Of a DNA stretch of 64,000 nt, positions 1 through 6,408 are shown piece by piece. How positions within the stretch are numbered: the stretch's first letter is position 1; every line of letters begins with the position of its first letter. Origin of the DNA: an uncultured Planctomycetota bacterium (GTDB taxonomy: Bacteria; Planctomycetota; Planctomycetia; Isosphaerales; Isosphaeraceae); assembly GCA_963737655.1 (NCBI GenBank), contig CAVTTN010000002.1, positions 288,001 through 352,000 of the forward strand. Direction: 5' to 3'. The notes under the pieces were generated by a model. It was not told the origin of the DNA, made no database searches, and saw nothing but the letters and a program-made list of their open reading frames with translations. The translations under genes and the position numbers were made by a program.

Positions 1-191
1 CCGTCTTGTATCAGGCCCCCGACGAGGAAGGATTCGCCGAGTTGAGGGATTGGTTCCGCTCACTCGGCATTGAGGTGCAAGCGGAGAGCATCGAGGATCT
101 CGCGTGCAACACAGATGACCCTGCCCCCGACAAGCTGCACCACGAATTATACGAGCGATACCTGGGCCTGACGCCCGGCGCCTCCCCGTGA
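1..191 (+). CDS. 3' end of a hypothetical cassette-like gene (5' truncated by window edge)
   Basis: Open frame ending GASP-TGA. The TGA lies inside the IS110 end motif CTCCCCGTGAAC. Confidence 0.6.
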   Translation, partial: VLYQAPDEEGFAELRDWFRSLGIEVQAESIEDLACNTDDPAPDKLHHELYERYLGLTPGASP

Positions 192-343
192 ACTCTTCGC
201 GCCGGCGGTTCGGCATCGGTTGATACTATGTGGGCGTGATCATCGATCGGCCCGCATCCCCCCCGGCCCCCGCGACGACGGGGACGGCCCGATCCGGCTC
301 GGCGGGGCTTGCGGCCGGGCGCCCCGCCTCCGACCCGTCGCCC

Positions 344-1696
344 TCACGACGGCGGCGACGGCGGCGACTTCGCCACCAGCTCGTAGCCCAGCGACCTCGC
401 CTTGCGCCGCAGCGAACGCTCCTGCTTCCGCCTCACCTCCGCCTCGTACTCCGCCAGCGACCTCGACACGTACTCCTCGCCGTGCCTGAGCAGCCGGTAC
501 ACCAGCCGCGACAGCTTGTGCGCCGTCGCCGTGATCGCCCCCCGGCCGCCGATCCGGCCCTTGATCCGCCGGTAGAACTGGCCCGTCGCCGTCGCCGTCC
601 GGCCCGCCGCCTGCGCCGCCATCCGCAGCGCCTGACCCACCCGGTTCTTGCCCTTGCGGGGCGTGCGACGCCGCTCGGTCTTGTTGCTCCGGTCGGTCCG
701 CGGGCAGAGGCCCAGCCAGCTGGCGAAGTGCTTCTCGCTCGGGAACCGCCCCACGTCGCCGCCGAGCTCGGCCAGGATCACCGTCGCCGTCGTCGCGTCG
801 ATCCCCTCGATGGCCGTCAGGTCCACGCCCATCGCCCGGGCCAGCTTGGCCGGGGCGTCGAACCGCACGTCGTTGGCCTTGCGGCCGCGACGCCGCGGCC
901 TCGGGGCGACCGGCTCGCCCCCGGAGCGGTCGGGCAGGCGGTCCAGCTCCTCGGCGATCCGGGCGTCGCACTCGTCGACCTGGCGGTGGAGGTAGTGGTA
1001 CAGGTCGGACGCCTGCTTCAGGGCGAACAGGTGCTCGGGCCGCCAGGTGCCCTCCAGGGCCCGGGCGATCTCCGCCTCGTCCCGGGCGCACTGCTCGTGC
1101 CGCAGCGCGGCCAGCTTCGCCGGGTGGCGCTCGCCGGCGAGGATGGCGGCGATGATCGCCGTGCCGGTGACGCCCGTGATGCTGCTGACGACCTCGGTCA
1201 GCTTCACATTCATCTGCTCCAAAGCCTTCTGCATGTGCTGGACGTGGTGCGAGGCGTACCGCACGAGCATCTGCCGCTGCCGCCAGTAGCCGCGCAGGGC
1301 CAGGACGGCCCCGGGCGGGCGGAAGGACGGGCGGAGCAGGCCGCAGGCGTGGAGGCGCTGGAGCCACTGGCAGTCGAGCCGGTCGGTCTTGGGCCGGGCG
1401 CCGCAGTGGCTGGCCTGGCTCGGCTCGATGAGGAAGACCTCGAAGCCGCGCGATTCGAGCAGCTCGAACAGGGGGATCCAGTAGACGCCGGTGGACTCCA
1501 GGACCACCGAGGTGACGCCCTCGGCCCGGAACCAATCGGCCAGGGCGTGGAGGTCGGCCGAGCAGGCGCCGAAGGTGCGGACCCGTCCGGGCCCGACGCA
1601 GGCGACGTGGTTGTCGGAGTGGACGTCGACGGCGGCGGCGTGGGGGTGGACGACCGGCAGGGACGCGTCGGGATCGGGGGGCGTGCGGCGACTCAT
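344..1696 (-). CDS. IS110-family transposase/recombinase (DEDD RuvC-like domain plus Transposase_20 domain)
   Basis: Motifs AAVDVH, VVLESTGVYW and KTDRLDCQWL form the DEDD tetrad. The C-terminal IEGID...RFPSEKHFASWLGLCPRTDRSNK carries the conserved Ser. Confidence 0.95.
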   Translation of the reverse strand: MSRRTPPDPDASLPVVHPHAAAVDVHSDNHVACVGPGRVRTFGACSADLHALADWFRAEGVTSVVLESTGVYWIPLFELLESRGFEVFLIEPSQASHCGARPKTDRLDCQWLQRLHACGLLRPSFRPPGAVLALRGYWRQRQMLVRYASHHVQHMQKALEQMNVKLTEVVSSITGVTGTAIIAAILAGERHPAKLAALRHEQCARDEAEIARALEGTWRPEHLFALKQASDLYHYLHRQVDECDARIAEELDRLPDRSGGEPVAPRPRRRGRKANDVRFDAPAKLARAMGVDLTAIEGIDATTATVILAELGGDVGRFPSEKHFASWLGLCPRTDRSNKTERRRTPRKGKNRVGQALRMAAQAAGRTATATGQFYRRIKGRIGGRGAITATAHKLSRLVYRLLRHGEEYVSRSLAEYEAEVRRKQERSLRRKARSLGYELVAKSPPSPPS

Positions 1697-1725
1697 GGCG
1701 AGGGCTCCGGCGGGTGGGGGGCCAA

Positions 1726-1901
1726 GCCGTCGCGGGCCGAGAGGGGGTCCGGGGACGAGGTAGTCTCCCCGACGGGAACGTCGCGGGGCCGTGTTGACAC
1801 GGCGCCGCGGGTCACCAATGATGGGGCCACGGCCTCTCGGGCCATGCTAACCTGCGGGCGGCGAGCACCAGGGAGATGACGGCCGGGAGGCCCGCGACGG
1901 C
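1726..1901 (-). ncRNA. Putative IS110 bridge RNA (target-binding and donor-binding loops)
   Basis: A perfect 13-bp stem (1726-1738/1889-1901) encloses two UGGUG...CCCGY-guide loops. The guides are AGGUUAG (reverse complement of 1847-1853, matching attC CTAACCT) and CGGGGAG (reverse complement of 1765-1771, matching the IS end CTCCCCG). Confidence 0.75.
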
Positions 1902-1984
1902 GTGCCCCAGCGTATCGCGCCCGGTGGTCGGGGCCACCCCCGGTTCACGTCCGTCGGGGAGCGGTCGGAGACGGCGCGGAGAGT

Positions 1985-2080
1985 TAACCTCGCGCTGCAG
2001 CGGACCCGGCCCGCAGCGGCGACTTCCGCGTTACCGTCGTCTGCCCGGCGGTGCGGGTCCGCTGAGCTTCGTCGTTAGGC
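1985..2080 (+). other. Integron attC site, R'' box disrupted/adjacent to IS110
   Basis: TAAC...GCAGCGGACCC...GGGTCCGCTGAGC...GTTAGGC gives an imperfect palindrome ending in GTTRRRY. It is homologous to the attC at 3352. Confidence 0.85.
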
Positions 2081-2104
2081 GCCGGCTACGGGAAAGGCTG
2101 ATTA

Positions 2105-2299
2105 ATGTCTGGTACGATCCGAACGGCCCTCTCCGCGGTCCTCCTGCTTATGGCGGCGGCCTGCCTCTTCCTCTTTCTCGCAGCCCGGGAGGCACCTCGC
2201 GATAGCTGGCGGGCATTTGGGATTATCTACGGCGTCGTGGGTCTCTCGTGTCTGCTCGGGGCGGGATCGTTGCTCTGGTCGAAGCGTCCTCGCGGATAG
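2105..2299 (+). CDS. Small two-TM membrane protein (cassette gene)
   Basis: 64-aa ORF starting 25 bp after GTTAGGC, with two hydrophobic segments. Confidence 0.6.
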   Translation: MSGTIRTALSAVLLLMAAACLFLFLAAREAPRDSWRAFGIIYGVVGLSCLLGAGSLLWSKRPRG

Positions 2300-2420
2300 C
2301 CCCGCGCACCGGCGGGCCGCGGCGAACTCTTTGAATCATCCGCCTATCCTCGGCGGGCCGGCCCGCCGAGAATGATCACCGGGCGGTCGCGCGGCGTTCG
2401 ATCCAGGGAGGCGTCTGGGG

Positions 2421-2843
2421 ATGAATGACGAAGACACGCGGGTCTTGTTCGAGGAGCCGCAGATCCTGGCGGTGGCTATCTTCGTCGCCCTGCTCGTGGT
2501 CGCGATCCTCATGATCCCCTGCTTCTACATTTCCCGTCGCCGGGAGACGAGGGTCCTGGCGGGCGTCGGTGCCTCCATGTTCGCGATCGCGGCGGTCGTT
2601 TATGGAGACCTGGCGTTCACTCGCTGGGCACTTTACGATGGCGGCCATGGTCGCTCCCCCGGGACGGCCCCGTTAAAGGATTGGCTTGTATTCGCGGCAA
2701 TCAATGCGGTCCTGGCGATCGTGGGCTCAATTCCTGGCGGGGTGCTGGGCTTGGCCATCGGGTTGCTGATCGAGCGAAGGCACCGAAGACGAACCGGAGC
2801 GAACAAGTCGCCGATCGAGCCGTCGGACGCCGCCTCCCCGTGA
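2421..2843 (+). CDS. Hypothetical three-TM membrane protein (cassette gene)
   Basis: GGAGG RBS and hydrophobic helices. It ends DAASP-TGA within the IS110-end-like motif. Confidence 0.7.
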   Translation: MNDEDTRVLFEEPQILAVAIFVALLVVAILMIPCFYISRRRETRVLAGVGASMFAIAAVVYGDLAFTRWALYDGGHGRSPGTAPLKDWLVFAAINAVLAIVGSIPGGVLGLAIGLLIERRHRRRTGANKSPIEPSDAASP

Positions 2844-2956
2844 ACTTTGAACGGGCGCATACTGTCGAGGACTGATGGTATGTTCGAGCGATTCCGTGCG
2901 CGCATGACGTCCCCTGCCCCCCCGCATTCGTCGGGTGTGATCCTCACGGGGGGCGG
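2834..2956. repeat. IS110-end-like fragment type A (MITE-like)
   Basis: CTCCCCGTGAACTTTGAACGGGCGCATACTGTC... is homologous to 3157-3190 and 5672-5755. An inverted copy TCACGGGGGGCGG lies at 2944-2956. Confidence 0.75.
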
Positions 2957-2972
2957 AAAAGGGGACGGAGGT

Positions 2973-3113
2973 GCTCTGTAGAAAACCCTCTTGAGAATGA
3001 GGAAAACGAGTAGGTCCGACTTCAGTCGGGCCTACAAAATAAGACCTTCTTGTAGGCCCGACTGAAGTCGGACCTACTCGTTTCCTTCTCCATCACCGGG
3101 TTTTCTACAAAGC
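2973..3113. repeat. Nested palindrome: GCTCTGTAGAAAACCC arms around an inverted GTAG-REP pair (REPIN-like)
   Basis: GTAGGTCCGACTTCAGTCGGGCCTAC at 3010-3035 and its reverse complement at 3052-3077. Outer arms are 2973-2988 and 3098-3113. Confidence 0.85.
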
Positions 3114-3156
3114 AGGACGGAGGGAATTCTGAGCTTCCCGAGCCACTGAAGGCCGC

Positions 3157-3190
3157 CTCCCCGTGAACTTTACACGGGCGTATACCATCG
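3157..3190. repeat. Truncated IS110-end-like fragment type A
   Basis: GGCCGC|CTCCCCGTGAACTTTACACGGGCGTATAC. Confidence 0.7.
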
Positions 3191-3318
3191 GGCGAGGAAA
3201 AGGGGACGGGGCGAGGAAAAGGGGACGGGCGAGGAAAAGGGGACGGAGCGGAATGCCACGAAGTTAGTGGTAAATCCCGAACTGGAGAAGGGGACGGAGA
3301 ACTGGAGAAGGGGACGGA
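3190..3318 (+). repeat. Short tandem repeats built on AAGGGGACG
   Basis: GGGCGAGGAAAAGGGGACG x3 (3190-3245) and GAACTGGAGAAGGGGACGGA x2 (3279-3318). Confidence 0.85.
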
Positions 3319-3351
3319 GGGAATTACGAGGTTACTGTGTCGTCAAAGATC

Positions 3352-3451
3352 GCCTAACCTCGCGCCGCATCGGACCCCGCACCGTCGCGACCTCCTTCGT
3401 GTTATCATGACTCACTCGGCGGTGCGAGTCCGCTGAGCTTGGTTGTTAGGC
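3352..3451 (+). other. Intact integron attC site
   Basis: GCCTAAC (RYYYAAC) ... GTTAGGC (GTTRRRY) with inner complementary arms CGGACCCCGCACCG and CGGTGCGAGTCCG. Confidence 0.9.
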
Positions 3452-3559
3452 GGCGACAAACACGACCCCCACTTGAGGCTTGAAACGGTGAGCCAATCGG
3501 GCGTCAAGTCTCCCTGAGGGGAACATCGAAACGCGACGACCACTCTTGCGAGGGCTGAT

Positions 3560-4321
3560 ATGGCGAGCACCCAACGCACGATTGTTGAGGCGGAAGTCAA
3601 GAAGCCGTCTCCGGACTGGACCGCGGCGATCGACAACCTGAATGCCCTGACCATGGTCGAGATGCTTCCCACCCTCGCCGGCCTGGCTCCATCGATCCGC
3701 AAAGAGGTGGTGAGCCAGGCCTGGAAGCTGCTCTCCGTCCAGCGCGGCTGGAAGGACTGCTACGAACGCATCGAGTTCGCGGCCGAGGTGGTCACGGAAC
3801 AGAAATTCAAGCAAGACGACACCAGGGCCCCCGCCGGCCAGATTCAGGACGCGACCAACTTCCTGGTCGCCCTCCTGAAACCGGCGAAGAGTCAGGCGGT
3901 GCAGGTCGGCTTCACCTCCGCAGATGACGCAGCGATCGCCGCCCTGCAGGAGATCATCCCGACGACGATAGCCGTCGGGCTAGAATTCGCCGGCAGCATC
4001 TTTTCACGGTCGGGCTCCTTCCGGTTCACCGCGCCGAAGCAGGGCGAGGCGACCGCGTCCGACTCGAACGTCCCCGTGCCGACGGGGACCGGGGCCGTGG
4101 GGTCGTATCACACCCACCCGGAGACAACGCGCAACTCCGAGAACTTTTCGCCACAAGACATGATGATCTGCCGTGGAAATGAGCAAATTCATCTGCCACC
4201 GCGCGTGTTCTACCTCGGCACCCCCAGCGGGAAGATCAAGAGGTTGATCCCGCCGGCCCTGCTCACCGGCCAGGACAAGGAGAATTTCGGCCTGCTTGGC
4301 AAGCTCACGATCCTTCGGTAG
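3560..4321 (+). CDS. DUF4329-type (JAB-like HTHP) domain protein
   Basis: C-terminal half has FTSADDAAIAAL...EFAGSIF...GSYHTHP...NFSPQD, the HxH...S..D pattern of DUF4329/JAB-like domains. Confidence 0.7.
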   Translation: MASTQRTIVEAEVKKPSPDWTAAIDNLNALTMVEMLPTLAGLAPSIRKEVVSQAWKLLSVQRGWKDCYERIEFAAEVVTEQKFKQDDTRAPAGQIQDATNFLVALLKPAKSQAVQVGFTSADDAAIAALQEIIPTTIAVGLEFAGSIFSRSGSFRFTAPKQGEATASDSNVPVPTGTGAVGSYHTHPETTRNSENFSPQDMMICRGNEQIHLPPRVFYLGTPSGKIKRLIPPALLTGQDKENFGLLGKLTILR

Positions 4322-4328
4322 GCGGGTG

Positions 4329-4455
4329 AAAAGGGGACATCCCGGAATGGCATGAAGTCTCCGGCGAGCGAAACAGGGACGAAGTCGGGCCTACTCGTCT
4401 CGATCCTTCGAACGGGTTTTCGACGGGGCACTCCTGACCTCGTTTCGCCCCTTTT
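4329..4455. repeat. Degenerate nested palindrome (AAAAGGGG...CCCCTTTT with half REP)
   Basis: Contains GAAGTCGGGCCTACTCGT and GGGTTTTCGAC remnants of the 2973 and 5005 elements. Confidence 0.6.
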
Positions 4456-4524
4456 GGTATGATCCACGGTTTCTGGGCGGTGCGGGTCCGCGGAGCTTTG
4501 GCCTTCGGAGGCGGGAGGTTCCTC

Positions 4525-4914
4525 GTGGGAATGGAATGGGCGGACTGGCGACCGGACGCTGAGGATCTGGATTTTCGGGGCATTACCTCGCGCTATTCCG
4601 ACATTCCCGGGCTCGTTCTTGACGAGTCTCGCGTGCCGGAGGCCTTCCGCCATCTCCTCCCGCTGGCCAGGCACTGGGCCGTGGGCGATGACCGCGAGCG
4701 GGCCAACCTGATGTGGCTCACGGACACCGAAGAACTCCGACGATTCGTCGATGCCGTCTGGACTCAGTTCGAGGCGATCGATGCCTGGTGCGGATCGCGT
4801 CGCGGCCTCGTCCCGGTCCCCGACGAGGTGGTCCTCTTCGATATGATGCTGGAGGCGGCGGCGGACGCCGTGGCCATCCACGCCGATGAACCGGATGAAG
4901 CCGCCTCCTCGTGA
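4525..4914 (+). CDS. Hypothetical acidic protein (cassette gene)
   Basis: GGAGG RBS. It ends EAASS-TGA within the GCCTCCTCGTGAAC motif. Confidence 0.7.
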   Translation: MGMEWADWRPDAEDLDFRGITSRYSDIPGLVLDESRVPEAFRHLLPLARHWAVGDDRERANLMWLTDTEELRRFVDAVWTQFEAIDAWCGSRRGLVPVPDEVVLFDMMLEAAADAVAIHADEPDEAASS

Positions 4915-4998
4915 ACGAGTCTGGCCCGGGCGGCCGAATCCTCGCGGATCGTCCCTGCGACCGTTACGGCGGGGCTTGACATGGTCGGTTGGGCCGGG
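4905..4998. repeat. IS110-end-like fragment type B
   Basis: CTCCTCGTGAACGAGT...CCCTGCGACC...CGGCGGGGCTTGACATGG is homologous to 6230-6320. It shares CGGCGGGGCTTG with the intact IS end (300-311). Confidence 0.7.
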
Positions 4999-5004
4999 GA
5001 AGGA

Positions 5005-5172
5005 AAGGGGACATTCTTGCTCTGTAGAAAACCCGGTTCGCAGAGGTTTATCGAGTCGGTCCGACTTCGGTCGGGCCTACAAAAAGGCCTTATTTTGCAG
5101 GCCCGACCGAAGTCGGACCGACTCGATTCCTGACTCACACCGGGGTTTTCTACAGAGCAAGAACGTCCCCTT
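5005..5172. repeat. 168-bp three-layer palindrome (AAGGGGAC / GCTCTGTAGAAAACCC / REP pair)
   Basis: Near-perfect inverted arms AAGGGGACATTCTTGCTCTGTAGAAAACCC ... GGGTTTTCTACAGAGCAAGAACGTCCCCTT. Confidence 0.9.
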
Positions 5173-5338
5173 GAAGGGCTTTCAATCTTTCCGACATGAC
5201 GCTTGCATGGCCAACAAAGGAGGGATAATTTCAAAGGGCGTTGACGCGTGTACGGAGCGAGGGCATAAGCCACCATTCTGCTTTTGGTCCGTCCAAGTCT
5301 TGTTCGGCGAAAACGAACCGCAAGCCAGGGGGGACGCC

Positions 5339-5681
5339 ATGCCGGTCAGCATCTGGCTTGAGCCTGTGAACGATAGGCCCTCGCATGATTACACGGGGCC
5401 GAGGGGTAAGATCGAATTACACGACGGCCAAGAAGTCCTGATCGGTAGACACCCTCACTGCGGAGTCGTCCTCTTCAGAGATAAAGTCGCGCAACCACTG
5501 CGTCATCTCGCAGCGTGATGGTGTCGCGGTGATCGAAGATTTAAGATCGAGATATGGCATCTCTGTGAATGGCCTACGCTTCGAGAAAGCGAGCCTCGCC
5601 CCAGGCGACCTGGTCATCATCGGCGATTTTGAATATATCGTGCGAGACATCCACTCCGAACTCGTCGGAGCCTCCTCGTGA
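5339..5681 (+). CDS. FHA domain protein (frameshift near 5488, probably a sequencing error)
   Basis: VLIGRHPHC in the first frame. The second frame reads (S)RNHCVI...IEDLRSRYGISVNG...LAPGDLVIIG and ends GASS-TGA in the IS-end motif. Confidence 0.8.
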
Positions 5682-5755
5682 ACTTTGCACGGGCTTGTAC
5701 TGTCAAGGATTGATGGCGTGTTCGAACGATTTCATGTGTGCGCGTGAGGCCCCTG
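5672..5755. repeat. IS110-end-like fragment type A
   Basis: Aligns over ~85 bp with 2834-2916. Confidence 0.75.
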
Positions 5756-5892
5756 AACCACGCGTGGGTCGGATGAGCTTCGCACGGGTTCGGCGCCGGT
5801 CCGGGGTGGGCGCCGCTCCTCCGCCCTGGCGATCTTACCAGGGCGACGGCTTGAGGCGGAGAATGGGGTCATGAGTGCTCGGAGGGCGGGCC

Positions 5893-6219
5893 GTGTCGGT
5901 CAACTTGCACCTATCGGTTACTGTCCGGGGTTACGACCCCTCGCGTGCCGGGGCGATCGGGCGCGAGGTGCGCGACGTGATCGAGTCGGAGGACCTCGGG
6001 GAGCAGCTTCCCCCGCTGGTCGAGACGTCCGACGGGTTGGGTCGGGTCCTGACCTCCCGCACGGATCGAGACGAGCCGGTCATCCTCAGTCGCGCCTTTC
6101 TGTGGGCACCGGGTTTCCTCCAGGCCCTCCGGCTCGCGGCCGAGCGAGGCAACGGAGGGCCCTGCGAAGTCGAGTTGGACTGCACTGATGCCGACGAGGA
6201 CGACCCGGAAGCCGATTGA
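5893..6219 (+). CDS. Hypothetical protein (cassette-like)
   Basis: GGAGGG RBS, GTG start and an acidic C-terminus. It is followed by a type B fragment. Confidence 0.6.
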   Translation: MSVNLHLSVTVRGYDPSRAGAIGREVRDVIESEDLGEQLPPLVETSDGLGRVLTSRTDRDEPVILSRAFLWAPGFLQALRLAAERGNGGPCEVELDCTDADEDDPEAD

Positions 6220-6229
6220 GGCCGGGTGC

Positions 6230-6330
6230 CCCTTCGTGAACGATTTCGGCCCGGACGCTCGAACCCGCGCGGATCGACCCTGCGACCCTCTCGGCGGGGC
6301 TTGGCATGGCCGGTTAGGCCGTGTTAGCAT
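6230..6330. repeat. IS110-end-like fragment type B with a possible sigma70 promoter
   Basis: Homologous to 4905-4998. TTGGCA (6301-6306) and TG-t-TAGCAT (6322-6330) face the TPR gene. Confidence 0.6.
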
Positions 6331-6408
6331 GGAACGTCCGAGAGGAGAGAGGGCCCCCCGCTGGGGTTGCGGCCCGGCCTCGTCGCGATTCGGTCCGGAG
6401 GGGGCGTC

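Larger units (their letters stand above)
182..1985 (-). mobile_element. IS110-family insertion sequence (bridge recombinase element) at an attC R'' box
   Basis: Contains a DEDD transposase. The junction at 182-193 reads gc|CT|CCCCGTGAAC, and its subterminal inverted copy GTTCACG is at 1943-1949. An attC remainder TAACCTCGCG starts at 1985. The upstream boundary is uncertain (1956-1985). Confidence 0.85.

Noticed and set aside
230..1879. Long + strand ORF opposite the transposase, and similar long shadow ORFs (e.g. 32330-35572, 25836-28502, 30840-33857)
   Set aside because: Antisense or alternate-frame artefacts of high-GC codon bias, Arg/Pro/Gly-rich with no motifs.
2312..2402. Possible degenerate attC (GCGAAC...GTTCG) with a perfect hairpin at 2349-2370
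   Set aside because: No canonical RYYYAAC/GTTRRRY boxes and weak arm pairing. It could be a terminator or a decayed site, so it is not called.
3190..3318. AAGGGGACG repeats as a mini-CRISPR
   Set aside because: They are head-to-tail tandem copies with no unique spacers.
4886..5338. N-terminal part of the 210-aa ORF 4886-5518
   Set aside because: It is a translation of palindromic repeats. The real FHA gene starts at 5339.
180..6241. Recurring GCCTCCYCGTGAAC motif as a CRISPR array
   Set aside because: Spacing is irregular (0.3-2.6 kb), whole genes lie between copies and no cas genes are present. IS110 ends explain it better.
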